Source: Meyerozyma guilliermondii (taxonomy: Eukaryota). From it: DNA of 64,000 bases. The stretch lies in assembly GCA_051546255.1 (NCBI GenBank), contig CP128820.1, positions 744,001 through 808,000 of the forward strand, read 5' to 3'. The notes beneath the pieces were generated by a model, which saw nothing but the letters and a program-made list of their open reading frames with translations, ran no database searches and was not told the origin of the DNA. The position numbers were made by a program, and so were the translations under genes. Position 1 is the stretch's first letter. Every line of letters begins with the position of its first letter. Of this stretch, positions 21,630 to 33,284 are shown in pieces.

Positions 21630-22754
21630 ATGTCAGACGGCGAATTTACCAGAACCCAAATCTTTGGCACGGTTTTCGAAATCACAAACCGGTATACCGA
21701 CCTCAATCCTGTGGGTATGGGGGCGTTTGGACTTGTGTGTTCGGCCGTAGACAAGCTCACCGGTCAAAACGTGGCGGTGAAAAAGATCATGAAGCCGTTT
21801 TCCACCTCTGTTCTCGCAAAGAGAACCTATCGTGAGCTTAAATTGCTCAAGCATTTGCGCCACGAAAACCTCATCACTTTGGATGACATTTTCCTCTCTC
21901 CGTTGGAGGATATATACTTTGTGACCGAGCTCCAAGGTACAGATTTACACCGGCTCTTAACGTCGCGTCCGTTGGAGAAACAATTTATCCAATATTTCAC
22001 ATACCAGATGTTGCGTGGATTGAAGTACGTCCACTCAGCCGGCGTGATTCATCGTGACTTGAAGCCGTCCAACATTTTGATCAACGAGAATTGTGATTTG
22101 AAGATCTGTGACTTTGGCTTGGCCCGAATCCAGGATCCTCAAATGACAGGCTACGTTTCCACCAGGTACTACCGTGCTCCTGAAATCATGTTGACATGGC
22201 AAAAATACGACACCGAGGTGGACTTGTGGTCGGTGGGATGTATCTTGGCAGAAATGATCGAGGGCAAGCCACTCTTCCCCGGAAAGGATCACGTTCATCA
22301 ATTTTCCATCATCACCGAGCTCTTGGGTTCTCCTCCAGCCGATGTCATCGACACAATTTGCTCTGAAAACACGTTGCGTTTCGTGCAATCGTTGCCTCAT
22401 CGCGACCCTATTCCATTCTCCGAACGGTTTGCCCAGTGCACCCATGTGGAGCCAGAAGCCATCGATATGCTTGCAAGAATGTTGATTTTCGACCCCAAGA
22501 AGCGTATCAGTGCAGCTGACGCTCTTACACATCCATATATGGAGCCATATCATGAACCATCTGATGAGCCAGTATGTGAGGTCAAGTTTGACTGGAGTTT
22601 TAACGATGCCGATTTGCCGGTCGATACATGGAGAGTGATGATGTACAGTGAAATTTTGGATTTCCACCAGATCACCGCAATTGGTGACAATGTGCCACAG
22701 GAGGAGCAGCTTGCCCAGATCCAACAGGAGGGAATTCAGGCACCCATCAAGTAG
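21630..22754 (+). CDS. HOG1: Stress MAP kinase Hog1
   Basis: [21 protein letters not shown] activation loop ([17 protein letters not shown]). Confidence 0.99.
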   Translation: MSDGEFTRTQIFGTVFEITNRYTDLNPVGMGAFGLVCSAVDKLTGQNVAVKKIMKPFSTSVLAKRTYRELKLLKHLRHENLITLDDIFLSPLEDIYFVTELQGTDLHRLLTSRPLEKQFIQYFTYQMLRGLKYVHSAGVIHRDLKPSNILINENCDLKICDFGLARIQDPQMTGYVSTRYYRAPEIMLTWQKYDTEVDLWSVGCILAEMIEGKPLFPGKDHVHQFSIITELLGSPPADVIDTICSENTLRFVQSLPHRDPIPFSERFAQCTHVEPEAIDMLARMLIFDPKKRISAADALTHPYMEPYHEPSDEPVCEVKFDWSFNDADLPVDTWRVMMYSEILDFHQITAIGDNVPQEEQLAQIQQEGIQAPIK

Positions 22755-22827
22755 ACCATAGAGTGTAGACAATATACTGGATATTTATATTGCCAGTAAA
22801 TTTCGCAGCTGCGCGATTGAAAACTAA

Positions 22828-24486
22828 ATGTTGCACAGGCTGGCGGTATATCGACAATACGTGCCGCCTCAGTATTACAAGCACGTATCCAAGGAGCTTT
22901 GCATATCCTCTTCTGTACTCAAGGAGCTGGAGGAAACCACAGAGTGTCTTATTAGCTTCCACAATACTCTGAAAAATGAAATTACCATCAACCAACAAAC
23001 CCAAAATGACACATCTCAAGTAGACGCAACAACCGAACAGATGCTCAATGGCAGCGCCAAAGAACCTTTGAACTTGCTTCTCGGGTACATCCAATTGGCC
23101 GGCTATGTGACGTTGAATTATCAATTCGATGCCGACGCTGCTTCGAATCCAATGGATGCATTTTCCAAACATTCATCGTGGTGGCATAATAAGGACTACT
23201 CACATCATTATCTGGACAACGGCAAGGGCCCAGACGAGGACCTGGATCCACATGAACAGATCGCCAAGGTGCCGTTTGTTCGCCAACCGAAATTGGTCAT
23301 AGGAGGACGGATCGCAGGTATCAACGATCTTCCCCTGGACGGTTCCAAAACGATCAATCGCAGTAACAGACATCTTCTCCAGGATCTCATTTGCACTTTC
23401 AATTCCTTTCCTACCCCTGATGGCACTCAAGACGACGAAAACTTCATTCCAGGCTCGGAATTGGTGGATGCCATAGTTCCCTTTTATACCACATCTCAGT
23501 CGATACTTTTCACAAACTTGGTGATGAAGCCAAGCGAGACAAAAACTTTCCATATAGCTTTCCCCAGCCCCAAAGGTCCACCTTCGTACAATTTCATGCT
23601 GACAGGTCCAGCATGCGACCAAGGATGGGTCAGTATACGATACACCATGATCGTTGGGTTTCAAACTGGACCTTCTCACGAACAAGAAAAGGCCGTTTAT
23701 TTTCCACTCCACATCAAAGTTCCTAGAAAACCTGGTGACGAACGATGGTACCAGCCCAATTTTCTCAAGCAGACGGAAGTGAACAAAGACTGGGCCATTG
23801 AGTTAATAAATGAAGACGTCTCGAAGACACGAGGCAAGACTCCGGAACCTTCTGGGGAAACCAAGGAGGCATTTTTGGAAGATCTCCATCGACTTATCGA
23901 CTCTGATTTGTACAATATGCCTCGAATGTCGACTGGCGAACGCAAGAAGAGCTTCCATGACCCGTCGAATGGCGACAAAAACATTATACCTCAAATTCCC
24001 GTGCATCATAAAACGAGCTATCAGATACGGGTCAATGCACAAGCGCTTTGTACCGTCCATTTCAGCAAGCCATACTACCAAGTGGGCGACAGCTTGGGGT
24101 TTATATTGGAATTGGAGCCGGTTTCCACCACCAGAATCGCCGGTTTCGTGGCGCATCTTGAAGCTCACGAAGTGTTCCACACTGGAGAAAAAGACGTTAC
24201 CAACGTGTATCGTGTATCTCCACCAGTAAAAGGTAATACCCTCGCTGCCGCGTTTCAAAATGGGTCCTCAGAAGTGAGTGGTCAGATATACATTCCAACT
24301 CACTTGTGCCAGCAATTTCAGAGCTCCAATTTTATGGACTTGAAATATTTCGTCGTTTTCAAATTCAACATATTTGAGCTTGACGTGGAAGTCAAGGATA
24401 GTGAAGGTTACGATGTGTACAAGTATGGAGCCGAAGGTAACGAAACCACGTTTCGACTCCCGATAGTAGTAGTGGCCGGTATATAG
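22828..24486 (+). CDS. RGP1: Rgp1-like subunit of the Ric1-Rgp1 Ypt6 GEF
   Basis: LLLGYIQLAG, PFYTTSQSILFTNL, PPSYN..IRY, FSKPYYQVGD, QF.S..MDLKY.VVFKF resemble the Rgp1 family. Confidence 0.7.
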   Translation: MLHRLAVYRQYVPPQYYKHVSKELCISSSVLKELEETTECLISFHNTLKNEITINQQTQNDTSQVDATTEQMLNGSAKEPLNLLLGYIQLAGYVTLNYQFDADAASNPMDAFSKHSSWWHNKDYSHHYLDNGKGPDEDLDPHEQIAKVPFVRQPKLVIGGRIAGINDLPLDGSKTINRSNRHLLQDLICTFNSFPTPDGTQDDENFIPGSELVDAIVPFYTTSQSILFTNLVMKPSETKTFHIAFPSPKGPPSYNFMLTGPACDQGWVSIRYTMIVGFQTGPSHEQEKAVYFPLHIKVPRKPGDERWYQPNFLKQTEVNKDWAIELINEDVSKTRGKTPEPSGETKEAFLEDLHRLIDSDLYNMPRMSTGERKKSFHDPSNGDKNIIPQIPVHHKTSYQIRVNAQALCTVHFSKPYYQVGDSLGFILELEPVSTTRIAGFVAHLEAHEVFHTGEKDVTNVYRVSPPVKGNTLAAAFQNGSSEVSGQIYIPTHLCQQFQSSNFMDLKYFVVFKFNIFELDVEVKDSEGYDVYKYGAEGNETTFRLPIVVVAGI

Positions 24487-24694
24487 CGAAATGAAAAGAG
24501 AAGAAGGACACAAAAAAAAGAGTGAAGAAGGGGGAAGCGGTCCTTTTATAGGCATTCTGGCAACTTCCGCTCTTGCAGAAAGAGAGATCCGGTTTGGTGG
24601 TGGTGATTTCGGGTTTGCAGCCGCGCATGCAGGTGCGGCTGTTCCTGCACCATCTACACATCTCATTACGGAGTTGCTTAAACCGACCATCAAA

Positions 24695-26950
24695 ATGGAC
24701 GCCAATTACGACCTGGCCGACGAAGAGCCTCGGAATTTCAATTCGGCCCATTATTCGCCGACAGAAGACCGGTTCATAAAGGACCACGATCTCAAGGTTC
24801 GCACGTTCGAGGCGCTTCATGGCCAGGAACATCCGTCGCCAGTTCGGCGCCGTCAAAGTGTCATCGATTTTCCCCACCGAACATTCGACCTAGAAGCTGC
24901 CCTCGGAGGTGAAAGTGGCGGTGGTAGTGTCGGTGGTAGTGCCGGTGGCAGCTCTGGTAGTAATATCGAGGGTAATACCGGGGATATTGAGACGCACCCA
25001 ACTCCGTCGGCAGCGTCTCATGTGCATGGTTCCGGTCTGGTGGCTGCCGCATCTGCCAATGCATTCCCGGAAGAGTACGCCTCGGATGAGTTGATTGAGC
25101 TTTTTCAGAACGTGAAGAGCTGCTTGGACACGCGCCACCGGTACATGCAGATTTCGGTGCAAGACGATGCGTTAAACCCAAAAAATCAGGATGGTTGGAC
25201 TATTTATCCGCCGCCGCCTGCGCCAACCTACAAATCCAAAAACCGATTTAATCAAGTTCAACATAAAAACCCCGAGGAGGAAAAGTTTGATTTTTCCATG
25301 TGTAAAATCCCCCAAATTGACGACGGAATTACCACCAAGGTTAGCGACGAAGGAGTATTCAAAGTATACCTCAAAGACTCGGATTCGGCTATTGTAGACC
25401 CGCCAACTCTCCGCGATTACTATTTGGATCTCGACAAAATCAACCGGATTTCATCGGACGGACCATCAAAATCGTTCGCTTTTAAGCGTCTCGAGTACTT
25501 GGAAACCAAATGGAACTTGTACTACCTTCTCAACGAATTTGAAGAGAACAAAAAATCAAAACGGAATCCTCATCGAGATTTCTACAATGTGCGGAAGGTG
25601 GACACTCATATCCACCATTCGGCCTGTATGAACCAGAAACATCTCTTGCGCTACATCAAGTACAAACTCAAGACGTGTCCCGACGAGCAGGTGATTTTCC
25701 GGGACGGCAAAATCTTGACATTGAAAGAGGTTTTCGAGTCGCTCAATTTGACCGGCTACGACCTCTCCATCGACACTTTGGACATGCATGCCCACACCGA
25801 TACGTTCCACCGGTTTGACAAGTTCAACTTGAAGTACAACCCCATCGGCGAGTCGCGTCTAAGGGAAATTTTCCTCAAAACCGACAACTTTATCAACGGG
25901 CTGTACCTTGCTGAGCTCACCCAGCAGGTATTCGAAGACCTTGAAAGTTCCAAATACCAGATGAACGAGCTCCGAATCTCGGTGTATGGCCGGTCGATTT
26001 CGGAATGGGACAAACTAGCGGCGTGGATTGTCGATAACAAGCTTTTTAGCCATAATGTCCGGTGGCTCATCCAGGTTCCTCGGCTCTACGATGTGTACAA
26101 AAAGAGCCACACCATTGGAACCTTCTACGATATTATGAGAAACTTGTTTGAACCGCTCTTCGAGGTGCTGATCAACCCGCAATCTCACCCAAAACTCCAT
26201 GTCTTTCTCCAAAGAGTGGTGGGTTTCGACTCCGTTGACGACGAGCTGAAACAAGACCGCCCGTTTCCCCTGCGCAAGTTTCCTCCTTGCACCCATTGGG
26301 ACCTCCCTACGAACCCGCCATACTCCTACTATCTCTACTATCTTTATGCCAACTTGGTATCTCTTAACCAGCTTCGGTTGCGCCGGGGCTTCAACACGTT
26401 GGTTCTTCGGCCCCATTGTGGAGAAGCAGGAGACCCCCATCATTTGCTGAGTGCTTTTTTGACGGCCCATTCGATTTCCCACGGCATTCTTTTGCGGAAA
26501 GTTCCATTTCTCCAGTACCTCTACTTTCTTGACCAAATCGGTTTGGCCATGCTGCCGCTTTCCAATAATGCGCTCTTCTTGACCTACGACAAGAATCCAT
26601 TTTACTCGTTTTTCAAACGAGGAATGAACGTCTCGTTGTCCACCGACGACCCGTTGCAGTTCTCATACACCAAGGAACCGCTCATTGAAGAATACTCGGT
26701 GGCCGCTCAGATCTACAAACTCTCCAGTGTCGATATGTGTGAACTTGCCCGGAACTCGGTGCTCCAATCCGGATGGGAAGATTCGGTCAAGAAACACTGG
26801 ATCGGCAAAAACTACAAAAAAAGAGGCGTCGAGGGCAACGATTTGGAAAAGACGAACGTGCCCGATATCAGAGTGGAGTACAGAGAACACACCCTCCAGA
26901 GCGAACTCCACTTGATGAACCACTACACTGGGCTCAAAAAATCCTCGTAA
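24695..26950 (+). CDS. AMD1: AMP deaminase
   Basis: HRDFYNVRKVDTHIHHSACMNQKHLL, RPHCGEAG, SLSTDDPLQF; ATG 24695 preferred over the upstream extension. Confidence 0.97.
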   Translation: MDANYDLADEEPRNFNSAHYSPTEDRFIKDHDLKVRTFEALHGQEHPSPVRRRQSVIDFPHRTFDLEAALGGESGGGSVGGSAGGSSGSNIEGNTGDIETHPTPSAASHVHGSGLVAAASANAFPEEYASDELIELFQNVKSCLDTRHRYMQISVQDDALNPKNQDGWTIYPPPPAPTYKSKNRFNQVQHKNPEEEKFDFSMCKIPQIDDGITTKVSDEGVFKVYLKDSDSAIVDPPTLRDYYLDLDKINRISSDGPSKSFAFKRLEYLETKWNLYYLLNEFEENKKSKRNPHRDFYNVRKVDTHIHHSACMNQKHLLRYIKYKLKTCPDEQVIFRDGKILTLKEVFESLNLTGYDLSIDTLDMHAHTDTFHRFDKFNLKYNPIGESRLREIFLKTDNFINGLYLAELTQQVFEDLESSKYQMNELRISVYGRSISEWDKLAAWIVDNKLFSHNVRWLIQVPRLYDVYKKSHTIGTFYDIMRNLFEPLFEVLINPQSHPKLHVFLQRVVGFDSVDDELKQDRPFPLRKFPPCTHWDLPTNPPYSYYLYYLYANLVSLNQLRLRRGFNTLVLRPHCGEAGDPHHLLSAFLTAHSISHGILLRKVPFLQYLYFLDQIGLAMLPLSNNALFLTYDKNPFYSFFKRGMNVSLSTDDPLQFSYTKEPLIEEYSVAAQIYKLSSVDMCELARNSVLQSGWEDSVKKHWIGKNYKKRGVEGNDLEKTNVPDIRVEYREHTLQSELHLMNHYTGLKKSS

Positions 26951-26959
26951 GCGCATACG

Positions 26960-26969
26960 GTCACGTGAC
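26960..26969. promoter_or_regulatory. Cbf1-type palindrome GTCACGTGAC in THI20 promoter
   Basis: Perfect GTCACGTGAC 10 bp past the AMD1 stop, followed by a TATA-like TATATAA. Confidence 0.65.
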
Positions 26970-27030
26970 ACACCACCCCATCTTTTATATAACTAAACCA
27001 TAAATTCACTGCACTTCATTGCTCAATTGG

Positions 27031-28710
27031 ATGTCTGACACGGTCAAGCTTCGTCCGGTAGGCGCCGCTGCCCATACACAGCTTCCAGTGGTGCTCGTAG
27101 TGGCCGGAAGTGACAGTTCTGGTGGGGCCGGAATTGAGGCCGATCTCAAGACCCTTTCTGCCCACAAAGTGTATGGAGCTACTTGTATCGCTGCAATTAC
27201 TGTTCAGAACACCCAGGGGGTGCGATCGATCGTGGAGACTTCCGGGGCCACAATCCGGGGCATTTTGGATGCGGTAATGGACGATTTCGGCCGCAAGGAC
27301 GTGGCTGCGAAAAGTCCGCTTCGGGCAATCAAGACCGGAATGCTCACTCCAGCAGCACTCGAGGAACTTGCCAATATTCGGGACGAGGTGGACTCGCTTG
27401 GGATCAAGTTGGTGGTGGATCCCGTCATGGTGAGCACTAGTGGTGCGCGGTTGATGAGCGAAGACTCAATGGCTAGTTATCTTCGACTTATTCTGGGTTC
27501 TTTTTTGGTGACTCCCAACTACCTTGAAGCGCTTGAGTTGGCCAAAGCGGTCAATTTGAAGACGGACGGCTCCATAAACAGCATAGAGGAGGGTAAAAGA
27601 TTTGTGCTAGAGCTCCGAAATGCCCTCAAATGCGATAATCTTTTGGTAAAAGGCGGCCATATTCCTGGGTTCTCTGGTGAAAGTGAACGTCGAATCTATG
27701 ATTTTCTCAACCAAAACGGAAAATTAACCGTCTTCGAGTCTCATTACATCGACACCAAAGATAACCATGGCTCGGGGTGCACTTTGGCTTCGGCGCTTTC
27801 TGCCCATATAGCGTTGAACCGGCCCGTCGAAGAAGCAGTTCCGCTCGCTCTTGACTACATTCACCATGCTATGAGTAACTTTGAAAAGCTCGGACGAGGT
27901 AACGGACCACTTAACCACACGGTGGTTCCTTGTGAGTCTATAGATCGAGTTTTGACCAGCTCAAAAGTTCCTGTGGCTGAAATTTTGGGAGACAAGACAT
28001 TGTTCGAGTACTTGAAACTGCACCCCAAAGTTCGTGATGGGTGGAAACGGTACACTGAACACCCATTTTTGAAGTTATTGGCAACCAACCAGCTCGAATT
28101 TTCCCGGTTTCTTTACTACTTGAAGCAAGATTACTACTATCTTGCCAACTATGCTCAAATGCACGGGCTCGCAGCCGGCGTAGCACCGTCGTACAAACAG
28201 ACCAAAGCCCAAGCTGATATCATTGGTTCTGTGGTTGAGGAGATAGAACGGCACAAGCAGAAGCTCTGTGACAAATACCATATCGATTACGAACGTGATA
28301 GTGATCTTGACATCGAACTTCATCCTGGTCCTGCTTGCTTAGCCTACTGCGACTACCTTATAAAAGTTTCCCGCCACGAGGATTTCTTGGGGATCAAAGT
28401 AGCGCTTGCTCCGTGCCTTCATGGGTACTATGAGGCTGGAATATACGGAAATCAGGTGCGTGAAAACCACGACGGAAGTTTGGGAGTTTTGAGCTCGACA
28501 GCTGAAAGTGAAATTTACGATAATTGGCTCTCGGATTACAACTCAGAATGGTATTTTCTGGCCCACAAGGAAGGAATGGATGCGATAGACGCATTGGTGA
28601 AGAACCAGACCATAAGTGTCACGAGAATGGACGAATTGGTAAAGATGTTTCTGGACGTGGTTGAGCTTGAAATCGGATTTTGGGATGAAGTTATAAAAGA
28701 AAATAAATAG
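27031..28710 (+). CDS. THI20: HMP/HMP-P kinase with TenA thiaminase II domain
   Basis: AGSDSSGGAGIEADLK, VDPVMVSTSG, HGSGCTLASA, YYLKQDYYYL, APCLHGY, EIGFWD. Confidence 0.95.
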   Translation: MSDTVKLRPVGAAAHTQLPVVLVVAGSDSSGGAGIEADLKTLSAHKVYGATCIAAITVQNTQGVRSIVETSGATIRGILDAVMDDFGRKDVAAKSPLRAIKTGMLTPAALEELANIRDEVDSLGIKLVVDPVMVSTSGARLMSEDSMASYLRLILGSFLVTPNYLEALELAKAVNLKTDGSINSIEEGKRFVLELRNALKCDNLLVKGGHIPGFSGESERRIYDFLNQNGKLTVFESHYIDTKDNHGSGCTLASALSAHIALNRPVEEAVPLALDYIHHAMSNFEKLGRGNGPLNHTVVPCESIDRVLTSSKVPVAEILGDKTLFEYLKLHPKVRDGWKRYTEHPFLKLLATNQLEFSRFLYYLKQDYYYLANYAQMHGLAAGVAPSYKQTKAQADIIGSVVEEIERHKQKLCDKYHIDYERDSDLDIELHPGPACLAYCDYLIKVSRHEDFLGIKVALAPCLHGYYEAGIYGNQVRENHDGSLGVLSSTAESEIYDNWLSDYNSEWYFLAHKEGMDAIDALVKNQTISVTRMDELVKMFLDVVELEIGFWDEVIKENK

Positions 28711-28896
28711 ATAAGCATAAAAAAGTATAGAATCAGTCTACAAAGAGGATCAACTGAAGACAAATTTCCAAATAAAATTCAGTAAACTTCAGAAAACTTC
28801 AGAAGGAAACTCCACTAATAAAGTAGTTGCAAATGTGAGCCGTCCTGCACACATGCACCTGTGCCGAATCTCAACTTGTTCACTCCCCCCACCGTC

Positions 28897-31800
28897 ATGT
28901 ACAATCCATACCAGCAACCCAGCTACGGCGCCCCGCAGCAGCCACAGCAGACCGGATATGGGTTCAATGCAACTGGCGGAAACGCGATGCCGCAACTGCA
29001 ATTCCAATCGACTGGATATTACCAGCAGCAGCCCACGTACCAGCAACCGGGGTTTCAACCTCAACAAACCGGCTTTCAACCGCAGGCAACCGGGTATCTG
29101 GTGCCGCAAACCTCATACCAGACAGGGTTTCAAGTGCAGCAAACCGGTTTCCAGCCCCAACAAACCGGATTTCAGCAACAATCGGCGGAAACGAATACCG
29201 AATTGAAGATCCCCAATATACGACTTTCATTCATCACCGCTTCCGACCAGTCGAAATTCGAGCACTTATTCCGGACCGCCGTACGGAAAGGTGAAACGGC
29301 GATTTCTGGCGATGCAGCTAGGGACATTCTACTTCGATCCGGTTTACCACCGGTAACATTGGCGGAAATTTGGTCACTTTCCGATACCAATAAATCCGGT
29401 TCACTTTTATTCCCGGAATTCGCCCTTAGTTTGCATTTATGCAACTTGGCATTGAAATCCGAACCACTTCCCTCGGTATTACCGGAAAAATGGTCCAATG
29501 AGGTGCAAAGTTTCGTTGATGCCATCAGTTTTTCGGTGCCCGAGGATCCTTCCAAGATCTTGGCCAACACCCCATTTGCCAGCTTGGGAACCGAGGAAAA
29601 GACGTCGTGGATGGACGCTCCAGCTGCACCTTCGACTTCATTCCAGCCGCAGCTCACCGGATTTCAACCACCGCAGATGCCTGCGCAAAGAACCGGTGGT
29701 CAGATTACAGCTCAGAGAACCGGTGGTGGGTCGCTCATTCCACTTCAGCCGCAGCAGACTGCCGGATTAGTTCCGGCCGGACTTCAGCGGCAAAATACGG
29801 GGTATCAGCCGCCGCAACCTCTCCAGCTGCAAAACACCGGGTTTCAGTCGTCAGTTGGCCGCCAAAATACCGGATATCAGCCACCGCTCCAACAGCAAGG
29901 AACCGGATATCAGCCACTCAAACAGCAAAATACCGGATATCAACCCCCATTGCAGCAGCAAGGAACCGGGTATCAACCTCCATTGCAGCAGCAAGGAACC
30001 GGATATCAACCTCCATTGCAGCAACAAGGGACCGGATATCAGCCACTACAGCTGCAAGGAACAGGGTTTCAGCTGCAAGGAACGATTCAGCCGCAAGGAA
30101 CCGGGTTTCAACCACAATCAACTGGGTTTCAGCCGCAACCAACCGGCCTTCTGCTGCAGCCTACAGGCAAACCCGGACAATGGGGGTTTGTTTCCACGCC
30201 TACAGGCGGCATTCCGGGGCTTTCTGCAATGGAACAACATTTTCTTCCGAACACTCAATTATCGTCCAATAACCTTCAAAATGCTATGGGAGGTTCGCTC
30301 AAAACTAACGTAACGTGGGCCATAACCAAACAGGAGAAACTGATCTACGATGGCATTTTCCAGGCGTGGGATAAACTGCGCCAAGGGTTTATTGACGGAG
30401 AAACAGCCATAGGCATTTTTGGCAAGTCCGGCTTGGCTCGTCCGGACCTTGAAACTATCTGGAATTTGGCAGATGGAGACAATAAGGGAAAGCTAAACAA
30501 GGACGAGTTCTCGGTGGCCATGCATCTTGTTTACAGACGGTTAAATGGCTTTGATCTTCCATTACGGTTACCCCCAGAACTCATTCCTCCGTCGAAAAAA
30601 CACATCCAAGAATCCATGGATTCACTTAAAAATTCTTTAAGAGGTGGAAACAATAAGCCCAAGCGCACACAGACGTCCAGCTCGTTGTACAAGCACGACG
30701 ACGACGACGTGGGGTATGTTTCGACGGCCAGACACAGAAAAAAGTCGGACTCTTCTTCGGGGTCAGGTTCTGGAACCATGTCAATTGAACAGCTTAAGAA
30801 AGAGATCCGGGAGAAAAAGATTCTTTTGGACGCTATGGACTCCGAGGACAGAGACTCGTCTGTTTTGAGCCAGCGGGACCGGGAATGGAACGAACGAGAG
30901 ATCGAGTCTCTTAAGTTTCGCATTTTGCAGGCCCACAATAAACTTGAATCCAGTGGAATTTCGGGGCTGCACGAGGAAAAGGTTCAGCTTCTTGACCGGT
31001 TGCGCCATTTGACCCAAGACAAGATGCCGAAATTGATTTCCAACATCCATGTCGTCAATAACGAAATTTGCAGTCGCCAAATGAAAGTTGCAAAATTGCG
31101 GTTGCAAAAAGAACACCCTGATTGGGCTCCAGAAGCGTCTGACGCAGACATAGTTGGAACCGGACCCAACGGCGAGGTCACCGACTACGATAGAAAAAAG
31201 TTCAAGTCGAAACAGCTTTTGAAACGAAGAATGGCGGCACTTTCTGGTGCAAAAACCGGTTCTACCGATACAGCTGTGGACGACCAGCTCGCCAAGGCAA
31301 CAGAAGATGCAAAGAACCTCGGCGACCAGCAAAGAAAGATGATTGAGGAAATCAGTGGCAGCATCAAGGATCTCGAAGATGGGTGTATTTCTGCGTTACA
31401 GTCCACCACTCGCGAAGACAGCTATGAGAAGTGGGAGAAGGGACAGGGAGTTAGCAGCGATGTAGCTGCTTTTATCAGGAGCTTGCCAAAGAGTGAGGGA
31501 AGCAAGAATGGAAGAAATGAAAAAACTCAGTCTCCGTATACTCAGCCAACAAAGTCTCAGTCTCAATCTGCTCAGTCCACTCAGTCTCAGTCCCAGTCTA
31601 CTCAATCTGTTCAGACTCAGCCTGCTCAGCCAGCTACTTATTCGTCATACCTGAGTCCAGAAGACAGGGCCGCTTACATCAAGGCTCAAGCAGAAAAACG
31701 GATGAATGAGAGGCTTGCAAAGTTGGGTATCACTCGTAGAAAAGAGACAGGTTCCAAGGCACCTGAAGTACCCAAAGAGCCAGTGGAGGCACCTAAGCCC

Positions 31801-33219
31801 CAAGAGATTGAAACCCCCAAAGAAACCGAGACTCAAAGAGAAACTAACACAAAGAGTACGTCTCAAACTTCAAAGGCAGAACCACAAAAAGTTTCTGTTC
31901 CTCCAGCCATTCCTTCTTCTTCTCAAGCTCCAGCCATTCCTTCTCCAGCTATTCCTCCAGCGCCTGAGGACGACCTGGAGGATGAAGAGTACGCCGCCTT
32001 GATGAAGCAGAAGCAAGAAATGGAGGAAAGAAGGCTCCGCAAGAAAAAAGAAAAAGAAGAGAGATTGGCTCGGTTGAAGAGAGAAATGGAAGAAATGAAC
32101 AAGGAAGAAGACAGCGACGAAGAGCCTGTCACTAGTGTTCCGACTTATACGAATGGAAGTGTGAAATCGTCGACTCAGCCAATTTCACAATCTGAAGAAG
32201 TTCCCAAAACTGAAGAAGAAAAATCTGGGGAATCTGAACAAACTGCTTCCAAACCTGAAGCTACTCCAACTGAACAAGCTCCAAAACCGGATTTAGTTCT
32301 GACTTCCGCTCAAAGCAAGGCAAACCCATTTTCCAAGAACAATAATCCATTCTTCAAGCCCACCCAAACACCCACTATTGATCCTAAGAAGGCAGCTGCT
32401 CAGCGGGACTCTCAGAGAGGACTTGGATCTGACGACTGGAGCGATTCCGACGACAATTCGAGTGACGACGACGGTCCAAATCGAGCTGGTGCTGCTAGGC
32501 TCGCAAGCATGTTGTTTGGGGGAATGGCTCCTCCACCAAGAGCCCCCACGATTGAAAAGGAGGAAACCGGGTCTAAAGAAACCGCGGAGGTTCCCCCACC
32601 TACGGAGGTTGCCCCACCCCCGGTTCCAGCCGCTCCACCCGCAAGTGTTCCTCCACCTATTTCAGCAGCCTCCTCTAAAGAAACCGATTCCGATGATGAG
32701 TGGGGGACTCCACTGGCTGAAGCTGCCAATGACCATGATGACTTTGACTTTGGAAATAACTTTGAACCATCAATGGCTCCTCTGCCTCCTCCAGTGCCTA
32801 CTCAACACATTCCGGAACCTGTGACAGATGTTCCTCCAATTCCACAGTCGATTCCTCCACCTCCTCAGTCTTTCGCTGCTACGGTGGAGGATGCTCCTCC
32901 TCCACCCCCAATTCCTCTGCAAGTTCCTCCTCCACCACCTCCTCCACCTTCGTTATTCCCCACGGAATCATCGAATGCCCCTCCCGCACCGCCACCACCA
33001 CCACCTCCTTCTGCCCCACTGGCGGTTCCTCCTCCACCGCCAATGGCCCCCGCCGCTCCTCCACTGGCTCCCGCTCCATCGCCTGGCGGTCCTCCAGGAG
33101 GTGCGCCAAACATCGGTGCTCTTTTAGGGCAGATTACTGGAGGAAAGTCGTTAAAAAAGGTTGATGATAGCCAAAAACGTATTGCTGATGGCGCAACCGT
33201 TGGTCGAGTAGTAGATTAG
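28897..33219 (+). CDS. PAN1: Endocytic scaffold Pan1
   Basis: QPQQTG repeats, two EH domains, coiled coil, NPF motifs, proline-rich region and WH2-like tail ALLGQITGGKSLKKV. Confidence 0.96.
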   Translation: MYNPYQQPSYGAPQQPQQTGYGFNATGGNAMPQLQFQSTGYYQQQPTYQQPGFQPQQTGFQPQATGYLVPQTSYQTGFQVQQTGFQPQQTGFQQQSAETNTELKIPNIRLSFITASDQSKFEHLFRTAVRKGETAISGDAARDILLRSGLPPVTLAEIWSLSDTNKSGSLLFPEFALSLHLCNLALKSEPLPSVLPEKWSNEVQSFVDAISFSVPEDPSKILANTPFASLGTEEKTSWMDAPAAPSTSFQPQLTGFQPPQMPAQRTGGQITAQRTGGGSLIPLQPQQTAGLVPAGLQRQNTGYQPPQPLQLQNTGFQSSVGRQNTGYQPPLQQQGTGYQPLKQQNTGYQPPLQQQGTGYQPPLQQQGTGYQPPLQQQGTGYQPLQLQGTGFQLQGTIQPQGTGFQPQSTGFQPQPTGLLLQPTGKPGQWGFVSTPTGGIPGLSAMEQHFLPNTQLSSNNLQNAMGGSLKTNVTWAITKQEKLIYDGIFQAWDKLRQGFIDGETAIGIFGKSGLARPDLETIWNLADGDNKGKLNKDEFSVAMHLVYRRLNGFDLPLRLPPELIPPSKKHIQESMDSLKNSLRGGNNKPKRTQTSSSLYKHDDDDVGYVSTARHRKKSDSSSGSGSGTMSIEQLKKEIREKKILLDAMDSEDRDSSVLSQRDREWNEREIESLKFRILQAHNKLESSGISGLHEEKVQLLDRLRHLTQDKMPKLISNIHVVNNEICSRQMKVAKLRLQKEHPDWAPEASDADIVGTGPNGEVTDYDRKKFKSKQLLKRRMAALSGAKTGSTDTAVDDQLAKATEDAKNLGDQQRKMIEEISGSIKDLEDGCISALQSTTREDSYEKWEKGQGVSSDVAAFIRSLPKSEGSKNGRNEKTQSPYTQPTKSQSQSAQSTQSQSQSTQSVQTQPAQPATYSSYLSPEDRAAYIKAQAEKRMNERLAKLGITRRKETGSKAPEVPKEPVEAPKPQEIETPKETETQRETNTKSTSQTSKAEPQKVSVPPAIPSSSQAPAIPSPAIPPAPEDDLEDEEYAALMKQKQEMEERRLRKKKEKEERLARLKREMEEMNKEEDSDEEPVTSVPTYTNGSVKSSTQPISQSEEVPKTEEEKSGESEQTASKPEATPTEQAPKPDLVLTSAQSKANPFSKNNNPFFKPTQTPTIDPKKAAAQRDSQRGLGSDDWSDSDDNSSDDDGPNRAGAARLASMLFGGMAPPPRAPTIEKEETGSKETAEVPPPTEVAPPPVPAAPPASVPPPISAASSKETDSDDEWGTPLAEAANDHDDFDFGNNFEPSMAPLPPPVPTQHIPEPVTDVPPIPQSIPPPPQSFAATVEDAPPPPPIPLQVPPPPPPPPSLFPTESSNAPPAPPPPPPPSAPLAVPPPPPMAPAAPPLAPAPSPGGPPGGAPNIGALLGQITGGKSLKKVDDSQKRIADGATVGRVVD
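29869..30060 (+). repeat. 30/33-bp coding minisatellite in PAN1 (TGYQPPLQQQG)
   Basis: Six ACCGGrTATCArCC-initiated units. Confidence 0.85.
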
Positions 33220-33284
33220 TTAAAAGTTATACATTTCGTTAATCGTCAACTATTTACAAGATATGTAGATGATGAATCAATCTT

